Positions 9,881-19,077 of a stretch of DNA of 64,000 nt are shown piece after piece. The notes under the pieces were generated by a model. That model saw nothing but the letters and a program-made list of their open reading frames with translations. It was not told the origin of the DNA and made no database searches. The position numbers and the translations under genes were made by a program. Source of the DNA: Candidatus Bathyarchaeota archaeon RBG_16_48_13. GTDB taxonomy: Archaea > Thermoproteota > Bathyarchaeia > RBG-16-48-13. The stretch spans positions 50,313 to 114,312 of the forward strand of contig MEZH01000004.1 in the NCBI GenBank assembly GCA_001775995.1. The letters run 5' to 3'. The stretch's first letter is position 1; each line of letters starts with the position of its first letter.

Positions 9881-10813
9881 CTATAGGTAGACGTGGATCA
9901 TCAATCGACTTATGAGTTCCTTGTAACGATTTCTGATAGTGACTTCAGTCACATTCGCTATCTCCGCTATTTCTCGTTGGGTTCGATGTTCGGATGCTAA
10001 TACCGACGCGATGTAGGTGGCTGCTGCAGCTATTCCGGTTGGGCCTCGTCCTGATGTCAACCTGATGGAGGAAGCAGTCTGGAGGATTCGAAGAGCCACA
10101 TTTTCGACCTTACCGGCCAAACCTAACTGATTGGCAAAGCGAGATACATAGTAGTTTGGCGTCAAAGGTGGAATGAAACATTCTAGCTCCTTTACTATGA
10201 AGCGATAGCTACGTCCGATCTCCTTCTTGTTTATGTGAGAAATGGTCGAAATCTCATCAAGCGTCCTAGCCACTCCGCACTGTCTGCAAGCCATGTAGAG
10301 AGCAGCAGCAGTAACGCCCTGTATCGAGCGTCCTCGAATCAAGTGTCTTTTTACAGCCCTTCTATATATTACGGACGCGGTCTCCAAGATGTTCTTGGGC
10401 AAATTTATAGCGGAAGCCATCTTGCTCAGTTCTGACAAAGCAAAAGCCAAGTTGCGTTCAGTGGCATCTGAAACTCTTACTCGTCTCTGCCACTTCCTGA
10501 GACGGTAGACTTGAGCCCTCTGACCTGGAGTGAGATTCTTGCCGAAGGTATCTTTGTCCTGCATATCGATCATGGTTGACAAGCCCTTGTCGTGAATAGA
10601 GAAGGTCATTGGCGCACCGACACGGGCTCTTCTAGCTTTCTGCGCATCGTCAAATGCTCTCCATTCTGGTCCTGAATCGGTCAAACGGTCAGCAATGACA
10701 AAACCGCAATCTCTACAGACAACTTCGGCCCACTCGTAGTCCCTGATGACATTTGTGCTCTTGCACTCAGGGCATTCTTTGACCCTGCGCCTAGATTCTA
10801 TCTCTTCTTCCAA
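9881..10813 (-). CDS. tfb: Transcription initiation factor B (TFB)
   Basis: N-terminal Zn ribbon CPECKS...CRDCG followed by two cyclin-fold repeats. 310 aa. Confidence 0.95.
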   Translation of the reverse strand: MEEEIESRRRVKECPECKSTNVIRDYEWAEVVCRDCGFVIADRLTDSGPEWRAFDDAQKARRARVGAPMTFSIHDKGLSTMIDMQDKDTFGKNLTPGQRAQVYRLRKWQRRVRVSDATERNLAFALSELSKMASAINLPKNILETASVIYRRAVKRHLIRGRSIQGVTAAALYMACRQCGVARTLDEISTISHINKKEIGRSYRFIVKELECFIPPLTPNYYVSRFANQLGLAGKVENVALRILQTASSIRLTSGRGPTGIAAAATYIASVLASEHRTQREIAEIANVTEVTIRNRYKELISRLMIHVYL

Positions 10814-11073
10814 GCCCTTCCGCCCCGTTTCTTCTCTTGAGCCAATTTGTAGAGGATCTGTCCCACATGATAATCTGGTGTGGCCGGTCTTACAGAAATG
10901 TAGGGATTATTGATTGGACCAAACAGGTCCATGACAATACCGATTCTCTTTAGCGACTTATCAACGACCATATCACCAGGAAAAGCGTTGTTCTCTGCTC
11001 GTAGGATTAGATTATTGCTTCCAGTTGATTTATGAAGAACAGCCCCCAGCCGAAATAAGCGATCAGGATACAA
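10798..11073 (-). CDS. gar1: H/ACA RNP subunit Gar1
   Basis: [19 protein letters not shown] type motif (here [19 protein letters not shown]). Conserved tfb-adjacent position. Confidence 0.85.
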   Translation of the reverse strand: MYPDRLFRLGAVLHKSTGSNNLILRAENNAFPGDMVVDKSLKRIGIVMDLFGPINNPYISVRPATPDYHVGQILYKLAQEKKRGGRAWKKR

Positions 11074-11140
11074 GAGAACACCGTAGCTGTAAAATAACGT
11101 TGATGACTCGTCCTATTAATATAAGGATTTCTAACGACTC

Positions 11141-11455
11141 TTATTGCTTCAAATTGACGACTTTTTCCTTAAAAGACTTCATTTCTTTGGCTATATTTGA
11201 AATAAGAACAGATTTCTTGCTTTTTTTGTCTACCAATACGTTTCCAGCTTTTTCCCAACAAAAACGCGGATAACGCGAGTTTTTTTCTTCTACCGGGTTC
11301 AATCCAAGTCTGAGAGCGGCTCCATACATGTCCTGAACTTGGGGGTATTCCATGGCCAATGCCTTGTGTATTCTCCTACCATCTCTCCGGGTCTTAGAAG
11401 AATCGAAGTAAACGGGCCAAAGGATATACTTGTCCTTTGACTTCGTGGGAATCAA
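11141..11455 (-). CDS. srp19: Signal recognition particle protein SRP19
   Basis: ILWPVYFDSSKTRRDGRRI signature. 104 aa. Confidence 0.9.
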   Translation of the reverse strand: MIPTKSKDKYILWPVYFDSSKTRRDGRRIHKALAMEYPQVQDMYGAALRLGLNPVEEKNSRYPRFCWEKAGNVLVDKKSKKSVLISNIAKEMKSFKEKVVNLKQ

Positions 11456-11464
11456 CCGCCTAAT

Positions 11465-11866
11465 CTATTCATGAGCCTTTCTCAGAATCGCATTAAGTAC
11501 GCCGTCTACTCCTGGTTGAGAAGTTATTTCCGCTTCACCCAATTCTGTCTCTATTAAGGCGCCTTTGGTTATTACTCCACGCCTGTTGTAATCTATGTTG
11601 GCAGGATTCCTAAGGAATCTGAGTATCGGAACCTTCGTTGTCTTCTTGGTTGCTGGGTCAGTCACGTTTGCTTGGTCAGCCGTCTTAAGTCTATATTTGA
11701 CGTTTCCACCCATGGCTCGGACAACTTTGAGGTCAGTCTCACCTATGATCGTCTCGGCCGGAAGGCTGCCTATCTCGTAACTCCTCTTTCTCCTATGAGA
11801 GCGAGTTCTGCCGCCAGTTCTTTTTCTTTTTAGAAGACCGCCGTGCCATTGGGGCATCCATTTCAC
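11465..11866 (-). CDS. rps8e: 30S ribosomal protein S8e
   Basis: WHGGLLKRKRTGGR...RRKRSYEIG N-terminus and VRAMGGNVKYRL. Confidence 0.9.
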   Translation of the reverse strand: MKWMPQWHGGLLKRKRTGGRTRSHRRKRSYEIGSLPAETIIGETDLKVVRAMGGNVKYRLKTADQANVTDPATKKTTKVPILRFLRNPANIDYNRRGVITKGALIETELGEAEITSQPGVDGVLNAILRKAHE

Positions 11867-12114
11867 CTTGAGATTTGGCTTAGCTTTCTCAAGGATGTGA
11901 TATAAACCTTTTCTGAGATCTTAGGAGTGCCAATTCGTTCAGCTTCAAAGAGAGGGTACTAGTTTTGAACGGAGAGAAAATAGGATTGAAGCAAAATCTG
12001 TCAATTTGCTCAGAATATGAGCAATTCCGGGGGTGCTGTTGTGTCGCTCCTCTTCAAATAGGTTACTGACCCAATCAGAATCTTGCTTGCCGACAATCAA
12101 TGACTTCGTGGCGG

Positions 12115-12747
12115 CTAAGGGACTTCTGTTACTTCGGGAAGCGAGGTTTCTCGGCGAAGCTGAAGCTGTCTCTTCATTTGGCGCAGATCATGGCTCAAGC
12201 CAAACAAATCAGCGAAGACGTCCGTCGTTCTTATTATTTTGGTTCTTCCCAGTTTCTCCGTTTCTATCAGCCCCATTTGGTGAAGGATTTTTACATGATC
12301 GTAGGCTTGAGGACCTCGGACGTTGGCTACGTGGATCTGAGCCACGGGCTGCTTGAATGCGATGTAGGACAGAGTCTTCAGTGGACCAGGCGTCAGGAGA
12401 GGGCTCATCGCGAGTCTCTTGATATGATCAGTGAATTCAGGTTTAAGCTGCATCACAAACCTGCCATCAGGGAGTTCAAGGATCTCCAATGCTAGCTCTC
12501 TATTGGCATACTCTTGGAGCAAGGCTCTAGCCAAACTTTGAACCGCTTTCTTTGAGTGGATATCCAAGATCGAGCAAAGAGTTCTCAATTCAAGCGGTCT
12601 GCCGGCCGCGTATAGTGCCGCTTCTACAATTGCCAAATTCTTTCTCGTTTGCTCAGGATCTGCCTGTTTTTCAGACACCAGCTTCGCCACCCTGTTTAGG
12701 CATTGATATGTATATTTCGCCGAACTCTTCATCCTGCCAAAGGGCAA
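12115..12747 (-). CDS. scpB: Segregation and condensation protein B (ScpB)
   Basis: AIVEAALYAAGRPL motif and tandem winged-helix architecture. The start is uncertain because the ORF overlaps the scpA end. Confidence 0.8.
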   Translation of the reverse strand: MPFGRMKSSAKYTYQCLNRVAKLVSEKQADPEQTRKNLAIVEAALYAAGRPLELRTLCSILDIHSKKAVQSLARALLQEYANRELALEILELPDGRFVMQLKPEFTDHIKRLAMSPLLTPGPLKTLSYIAFKQPVAQIHVANVRGPQAYDHVKILHQMGLIETEKLGRTKIIRTTDVFADLFGLSHDLRQMKRQLQLRRETSLPEVTEVP

Positions 12748-13348
12748 GTCTTTCCCGGGTAGCCAAGAACAGAAGGATTATGAATGTCCGCACAATGTCG
12801 ATTCGCTCCATGTACCTAGATAATTCCGAGAAAAGTACCATTTTCTTCTCCTGAAAGAGTGCAAGAAGCCTTTCGAAGAGACTTTCTATGTGAGAATCGA
12901 TATCAACCAAAAATGGATCCAAGTCCTCAAGGATGGTTGGAGCGGGCAAGAGCGGTTTCAGCACAGGTTCTCTCAATATGGAGAGTTCCATATTAAGGGC
13001 ATCGTCAAGCGCTTTGAGGAGTTCTTCGACCGAAGTCGAGGATAAGGCGTGTCTGTAGGGAAGCTTAATCAAAGGTGGAAGATCTTCGAATATTCTCGCA
13101 TCTGGCGGGTGAGGAGGGTCCTCCATCTTAAGAATATCGTCGGATTTCATTCTATATATTGTGGCGGATGATAGAAGAGCGGTGCCCGAGGCTGTGAAGT
13201 CCATTACTCCATGCTTTCTCATCTCGTTCAGGAATGAATTCAGCAGGAAAGATAAATTCACGTCCCATGGTCTTAGTCTTTGAAGCCTTATTATGTCAAA
13301 TAGAATGAGCCACGGTGGCTTGAACCAGAAAGGTTTCTCATCGCTCAA
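12671..13348 (-). CDS. scpA: Segregation and condensation protein A (kleisin ScpA)
   Basis: Kleisin-like N-terminus (LFDIIRLQRLRPWDVNLS). Located between smc and scpB. Confidence 0.8.
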   Translation of the reverse strand: MSDEKPFWFKPPWLILFDIIRLQRLRPWDVNLSFLLNSFLNEMRKHGVMDFTASGTALLSSATIYRMKSDDILKMEDPPHPPDARIFEDLPPLIKLPYRHALSSTSVEELLKALDDALNMELSILREPVLKPLLPAPTILEDLDPFLVDIDSHIESLFERLLALFQEKKMVLFSELSRYMERIDIVRTFIILLFLATRERLALWQDEEFGEIYISMPKQGGEAGV

Positions 13349-16300
13349 GTCCCAGTATAGCCCCCAACGATCTCCTTTTCCACAGCCGAGGGCAGATTAA
13401 TGGATGCAATATGTGAGTGCCCGCTTTGGATGAAGACCCCAAAAAGCCTTTCTGCTCGGGCAACCACGACATCTTTCAGAGTTATGACCACGAACTGTGA
13501 CATTGCTGATCGGTCTTTGAGAAGGTTTGCGAGCCGCTCAGCATTAATAGGGTCTAGTGAGGCGTCAATCTCATCGAAGAAGTAGAACGGCATGGGCTTG
13601 AAGGAGTGAAGTGCGAAGATGAATGAGACTGCTACCACGGACTTCTCACCTCCGCTAGCCCCGCTGATCAAGCGTGGAGCCTTACCCGTAAACTGTGCAA
13701 ATACGTCGAGGCCGCCACTAAAGGGATCCTCTGAATTCTGGAGCTGGAGCCAAGCATTTCCTCCGCCTGTAATTAGAGTGAAAAAACTCTGGAAACTTTC
13801 GCTAATCTTCAGGTAAGCGTCCATGAAGGCATTCTTCTTTTTTCTCTCTATCTCCTCTACGAAATCTAGAATTGAGCGCTTCTCTCGTTCCAGCTCGTTT
13901 ATTCTGATGGAGAGCTGTTTGTAGTTGCCTATTTGTTCAACGTATTGCCTGATAGCCAATTGGTTTACTGAACCCAACTTTTCGAGTTCGAATCGGACAA
14001 GGTTAAGAATCATATCAATGGTGTTAGCCACTTCGGGTTCAACTTCGAGAGGTCTTTGGTAGCCAAGGGACATTAGTTGCTCTTCCATAAATCTCATCTT
14101 GGCAACCTTGCCTTGTAGGTCGAGTTCCAACTGATGGTACGTGTTGCTCAGAGGCTCATAAGTTGTGTTCGTGGATCTGAGTCTCCCGTCAATCTCGGCT
14201 AATTCCTCTTCAAAGCGATCTTTTTCCTTCCTGACTGAGGAGAGAATTGCGGTTAGTCGCTCCTGTTCTTTCTTCAGGTCTGGAAGCCGCTGCTCAGCGG
14301 TCTTCATGGAGCTTGTAGCTTCTTCGATACGCGATTGCAGGCTCATTATCTGCTTTTCAAGAGACCTGATCTCTATCTGGGCTCTCTCAAGCTCAGGTCT
14401 ATACGTTATCTGGAGACTGTTCTCTAAGATGTTCAGTTCACTATCGATTCTGGAGAGGCGTTCTTGGAACGAGCTAACTTCAGATAAATGAATGGATTTT
14501 TGGGATTCCAGCTTTGATATGAATGACCTTTTCACTCCTAGGGCTAGTCTCCTTTGCTCTTCCAGCAACTGAGCCAGACGTTTATCGAACTCAGCTTTCT
14601 TCTTCTTTATATCAGCTTCATCGGATTTTTCTTTCTCAATAGATCTTCTGAATTTTTTGACCCTCTTATTTGCTATTGAGACGTTTCTTGCGGTCCTGGA
14701 TATGCTTTCCCTAAGGGTGCTGATCTCTCGATCCAAGGCTTCGAGGAGGGCTTCTCTCCTGATTTGATCCTGGCCAAGCTTCTCCACCTCACCAGCCAAG
14801 CTCTCGGTCTCGTTCCTTCTTCTCTCCAGAAGGCTCTGGAGAACATTCACAGTATCATCCAGGTTCGTGAGGGAGACATCGCTTGGGATAAGTGAGAGAA
14901 CATCCACGGGCGTCCTGTAGTAGCCGCTGACAAGACCTCCTCCCAACTCATAGATATCGCCGCTGAGTACGACCGTTCTATATCCTAGCTTTGATGCTAT
15001 CAAAGCAGCTCTCTGGTTCTGGGCTATTAGGGTGTCACCAAAAATGAATTTTACGGCTGGTGAATATTTCTCAGGGAAATCAATAAAGTCCAGTACCTTT
15101 CCAAGTATGCCCTCCATGACAGGAGGCTCAACAATCTCAGGGTTCTTTGAAAGATCTTGGAGCGGGATCAGCTTTATCTGGCCAATCTTGATTCTCTTCA
15201 GGCTCTCAATGCACTTGGCAGCCGTCTCCAGATCCTTGACTATGACACTGTTCATCCACCCGCCTGCAGCGGCATCCACGACCGATTCATAGCCCTTTTT
15301 GGACTTCACGAACTTTCTGAGCCGCCCGTATATGTCCGGAATTGCCCCGGCTTCTCCCATATCCTCAATTTCCTTCAGGGCTTTCTCCTCTGAAGCAATA
15401 TTATCAACGAATTCTTTCTGTGCATGGAATTCCGTCATAGACGCTCTAGCTCTGGATGCGATCCGATCAGCTTCCAAGAGTTCTTGTCTTGTGGTCTCTT
15501 TCGACAGAGATTTCTGCGCTATCGAATCCGACGCTTCTTTCAAGGAGTCATCTTCCTTGTCTCTTAGGGCACCGATCTCTTGGAGATGAATCTTAAGATC
15601 CTTGAACGCTTCCTCGAATTCGGACCGTCTTAACTCCAGATTATTCAAATTTTCTTCGAGTATCTTGTAACGGGTTGCGCTGCCTTTCAATGAGGAATTG
15701 ATCTTCACTAGTCGTTGATTTATATCATTTATTTCTTCTTGCGACTCTTCTCCCTTACCCTCTTTATTACTCAGTGATTGTTTCAGTTCCGCCTCTTTCT
15801 TGGACATTTCCTCAAGGGATGAACGTCCCTTTTCATACTCTGGAAGGAGATCATCACGCTCCTTATGCAAGACCTTTATTCGCTTAGTTTTTTCATCTAT
15901 GTCAACTTTTATAGAGTTGATCTGCTCAGATCTCCCCTCTCGCATCTTGATTAGAGCTCTTAGACTTATGCCTCCCGACTCTATCTCATTCTTTAGCGCT
16001 GTAATCTGAGAAGAGAGCTCGCCCATGGTTCTCTGAGCCATGAAGAGTTGTTCACCCCCCTTGGCCGAGACTTCCTCATCGAATTCTCTCCTTTCGGACT
16101 CCAGCTGATCCCTTCTTGACTCAAATTGTTCTCTTGCTTTTTTGAGTTCCTCGATCTTGTCTTTTCTCAAAGCGATATTTCTATTGAGTTCGTCCAGATC
16201 GCTCTGGAGAGATTTCATTTTGAGAGAGAGCTGTATGGCTTGAGACTTCTTCAACTCTGTCTGCATGAAGTTGTACCGGAGCGCATCGTTCCTCTCTCGC

Positions 16301-16854
16301 TCGAGGCTTTGAACCCTATTCTGAACCTCTTCTATCCTAGCACCCGCGATCTTTAGGTTGAGATCGGCTTGCTGGAGTTGTATTTGAGCCTCTGTCTTTT
16401 TTGCTTCATAATCAGCTATTCCGACAAGGTCTTCTATCATTCTTCGCCTTTCTTCAGGCGTGATATCTGCCAGTCTCGTGATGGTGTTTTGCGGCACCAT
16501 ATTGAAGCCACTGGCTGAAATTCGCGCCATGTTCAATACATCCAAGAGTTGATTTCTGGACACTTTCTTGCCATTAAGGCGGTAGATGCTTTGACCTGTG
16601 CGATCGACCTCTCTGGAGATTGTGACGGGGTTTGTATCCACGGGTATCTGTCGGTCCGAGTTCTCAAACTGGATGGATACTGTGGCCCTTTCAGGTTTCT
16701 CTAATCCTTGGGCCCCGTCGAACAAAGCCTCAGAGAATTTTGAAGCCCGAAGTTCCCTGGGACTTGACTCACCGAGGACAAAACGTACTGAATCCAGTAT
16801 GTTGGATTTTCCGGATCCATTCGGGCCAGTAATGACTGTTAGACCTTTGTCCAA
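13345..16854 (-). CDS. smc: Chromosome segregation ATPase SMC
   Basis: Walker A GPNGSGKSN, long coiled coils, hinge, LSGGEKS signature, and FYFFDEIDASLD Walker B. The conserved N-terminal strand VYIRKIDLRGFKSFG is encoded upstream (to 16923) with no ATG/GTG/TTG. Confidence 0.95.
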   Translation of the reverse strand: MDKGLTVITGPNGSGKSNILDSVRFVLGESSPRELRASKFSEALFDGAQGLEKPERATVSIQFENSDRQIPVDTNPVTISREVDRTGQSIYRLNGKKVSRNQLLDVLNMARISASGFNMVPQNTITRLADITPEERRRMIEDLVGIADYEAKKTEAQIQLQQADLNLKIAGARIEEVQNRVQSLERERNDALRYNFMQTELKKSQAIQLSLKMKSLQSDLDELNRNIALRKDKIEELKKAREQFESRRDQLESERREFDEEVSAKGGEQLFMAQRTMGELSSQITALKNEIESGGISLRALIKMREGRSEQINSIKVDIDEKTKRIKVLHKERDDLLPEYEKGRSSLEEMSKKEAELKQSLSNKEGKGEESQEEINDINQRLVKINSSLKGSATRYKILEENLNNLELRRSEFEEAFKDLKIHLQEIGALRDKEDDSLKEASDSIAQKSLSKETTRQELLEADRIASRARASMTEFHAQKEFVDNIASEEKALKEIEDMGEAGAIPDIYGRLRKFVKSKKGYESVVDAAAGGWMNSVIVKDLETAAKCIESLKRIKIGQIKLIPLQDLSKNPEIVEPPVMEGILGKVLDFIDFPEKYSPAVKFIFGDTLIAQNQRAALIASKLGYRTVVLSGDIYELGGGLVSGYYRTPVDVLSLIPSDVSLTNLDDTVNVLQSLLERRRNETESLAGEVEKLGQDQIRREALLEALDREISTLRESISRTARNVSIANKRVKKFRRSIEKEKSDEADIKKKKAEFDKRLAQLLEEQRRLALGVKRSFISKLESQKSIHLSEVSSFQERLSRIDSELNILENSLQITYRPELERAQIEIRSLEKQIMSLQSRIEEATSSMKTAEQRLPDLKKEQERLTAILSSVRKEKDRFEEELAEIDGRLRSTNTTYEPLSNTYHQLELDLQGKVAKMRFMEEQLMSLGYQRPLEVEPEVANTIDMILNLVRFELEKLGSVNQLAIRQYVEQIGNYKQLSIRINELEREKRSILDFVEEIERKKKNAFMDAYLKISESFQSFFTLITGGGNAWLQLQNSEDPFSGGLDVFAQFTGKAPRLISGASGGEKSVVAVSFIFALHSFKPMPFYFFDEIDASLDPINAERLANLLKDRSAMSQFVVITLKDVVVARAERLFGVFIQSGHSHIASINLPSAVEKEIVGGYTGT

Positions 16855-16990
16855 GGATACACTGATCTTTCTAGGGCCAAAAGATTTGAAGCCTCTAAGA
16901 TCTATCTTCCGTATATAGACCAGTAGTTATCCACCCGCCCTATAAATCAGGATCTCGGTCTAGCAATATTCTCCTATTCCTAGATATGTT

Positions 16991-17548
16991 TTATTTCCCT
17001 TTTTTTAATCCTAAGGCCTGAAGACCGTATTCCCGGGGCATGAGTCTAGGAGCCAAGGCCATCAGGACGGCTGCTTCCACGAGTTCTTCTCTCATGATTT
17101 TACCTCTCGAGACAAAACCTATGAGTCCCATTGATTTCCCAACATTCTTTATACCCACCACTTTCTCGAAGGCTGCGTCCAATTCGAGATTTTCTCCAAG
17201 CACAGTGGAAAGAACCCTCGGAGGAAGCTCAAATGCAGGACCAACACCGAGGGTCTTGCCCCCTTCCCGGTCAATTATGATAGCGACATGCTGGTCGAGG
17301 TACCTTGAGAACCATTTTATTAGGCCCGCTTCCACTCCTACGCCCAAATCAGCATCAGGTCGTTTGATCAAAGCTCCAGAAGCTCTCTCAAGAGCTCCTT
17401 TCACAGTTTCGTTGATCCCAATGGGCTGGTCAGTAACGGACGTCTTAACATCTACTCCAATTATTTCAGCGTCGAAGTTGAACAACTGAAAAGCCTTTTG
17501 AACCGCGCTTAGCTTGATCCTGTTCTTAGATCCCACTATGACCAGCAA
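16991..17548 (-). CDS. Inosine/xanthosine triphosphatase (YjjX / DUF84 NTPase)
   Basis: VGSKNRIKLSAV...DQPIG N-terminal signature. 185 aa. Confidence 0.75.
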   Translation of the reverse strand: MLVIVGSKNRIKLSAVQKAFQLFNFDAEIIGVDVKTSVTDQPIGINETVKGALERASGALIKRPDADLGVGVEAGLIKWFSRYLDQHVAIIIDREGGKTLGVGPAFELPPRVLSTVLGENLELDAAFEKVVGIKNVGKSMGLIGFVSRGKIMREELVEAAVLMALAPRLMPREYGLQALGLKKGK

Positions 17549-17561
17549 GAGACGGCGCCTC

Positions 17562-19076
17562 TCATGGCAAGACTGTTCTGATCGTCGGGATCAAAACATC
17601 TGTTACTAGGGCAGGGTATATGCCAAGAATTAACGCGACTACCATCAGAAGTATCAGGGGCACCATCATGAGAACTGGGGGATCCTTGGCTTCTTCCATG
17701 TGATCGGCGAGAGGTCCAAAGAAAATTCTCCTCACGGTCCAGAGACCGTAACCCGCGGTCAAAACACTGGAGAAAATTGCAGATATGGCCACGATCAGGC
17801 GCAGCACAGATCCAGTTGTCATAGCACTAGCCACAACGCCAGAGAATAGCAGCCACTCTGACTGGAATCCGCTAAGAGGGGGTACACCAGCAATGCCCAA
17901 GAAACCTATTAGAGCGGCTAAGGCAGTCAGAGGCATCTTCTTGGCAAGTCCCCCGAGCTTTCCTATGCTGCGAACTCCATGCGTCCGGTATATTATTATG
18001 CCCGCCACTGAGAAGAGAATACACTTGGACAAGCCATGACTCACATAGTGAAAGATTGAACCTGAAATTCCAAGTGAGGTAAATGAGGCTAAGCCCAAAA
18101 GGAGGTAACCCATCTGACTTATGCTGGAATAAGCCAAGAGACGTTTTATGTCGTCCTGGGCAAGAGCCATCAGACCTCCGTACACCATTGTTACAAGGGC
18201 CCAGATGAATAGGATGTCAGAGAAACTGTTAAACACCCCACCGAAAGGCGTTATCACGAGCCTCACAATTGCGTAGGCCCCCAGACCTATCATAGCAGGG
18301 CTCAACAAGGCACTTATTGGCGTTGGGGCTTCCGCGTGAGCATATGGAAGCCACACGTGGATTCCGAAGACCGCCATCTTGACAAGGAAACCCAGAAGAA
18401 GCGCAGCCGACACCCAGGCTGCCAGTTGGGGATTGGCAGAGGCCAGGATATGCATATCAGCTATCTCGAAGCTTCCCACTACTGGAAAAATCGCCAATAT
18501 GCCAGCCAGTACAGATAGGGCACCTATATGAGTCCACAGGAAGTACATAATACCTATCCGCTCTTTTTGGCCGTAGCCGAAGGTGCTAAGAAGGAGCCAA
18601 GATGGTATCAACATCAACTCATAGAATAGATAGAACTCTACAAGATTGGTGGCAAGGACTGTCCCGACCATGCCTACCGTATACAGAAGATACATGGAGA
18701 AGTAGATTGAGTATGCAGTATTATCACCACCTTGTTCGTTGATCTTGTGCTCAATGTAAGGCATCGAAAAAAGAGTGGTTACAAGACAAAGGAAAACTAT
18801 CGTCAAGGCCAGGGGTAAACTTATCCCATCAAGAAGGAAACCGAAATTGAGCCCCGCGATTGGGGCCCAGAGATATTCCTCGGTCACTCGACCTTGGCTC
18901 AGTACACTCGGGGCAGAAAAAGCCAGTAACGCAGTCGCATAGGCAAGAGGGATGAGAGCTACATAACCCACATTCTTGCCCATCCTTCTTCCAAGCAGAT
19001 ACACGAGTGGTACGAAAACAGCCGGGACCAAGAGAACTTGCAGAAGAGACGAAGGGATGGGATTCAGTGAACTCAT
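17562..19076 (-). CDS. nuoM: Antiporter-like membrane subunit, NuoM type, of the membrane-bound hydrogenase
   Basis: 504 aa, about 14 TM. FYELMLIPSWLLL and WLPYAHAEAPTP motifs. Confidence 0.85.
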   Translation of the reverse strand: MSSLNPIPSSLLQVLLVPAVFVPLVYLLGRRMGKNVGYVALIPLAYATALLAFSAPSVLSQGRVTEEYLWAPIAGLNFGFLLDGISLPLALTIVFLCLVTTLFSMPYIEHKINEQGGDNTAYSIYFSMYLLYTVGMVGTVLATNLVEFYLFYELMLIPSWLLLSTFGYGQKERIGIMYFLWTHIGALSVLAGILAIFPVVGSFEIADMHILASANPQLAAWVSAALLLGFLVKMAVFGIHVWLPYAHAEAPTPISALLSPAMIGLGAYAIVRLVITPFGGVFNSFSDILFIWALVTMVYGGLMALAQDDIKRLLAYSSISQMGYLLLGLASFTSLGISGSIFHYVSHGLSKCILFSVAGIIIYRTHGVRSIGKLGGLAKKMPLTALAALIGFLGIAGVPPLSGFQSEWLLFSGVVASAMTTGSVLRLIVAISAIFSSVLTAGYGLWTVRRIFFGPLADHMEEAKDPPVLMMVPLILLMVVALILGIYPALVTDVLIPTIRTVLP

Positions 19077-19077
19077 C

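Noticed and set aside
12033-12495. Two overlapping + strand ORFs (107 and 131 aa)
   Set aside because: They are antisense to scpB, which has the conserved AIVEAALYAAGRPL motif and operon context.
13400-16918. About a dozen + strand ORFs of 60-108 aa inside the smc gene
   Set aside because: They are antisense shadows of a long, repetitive coiled-coil gene. They have Ser/Leu/Phe-rich low-complexity translations and no motifs.
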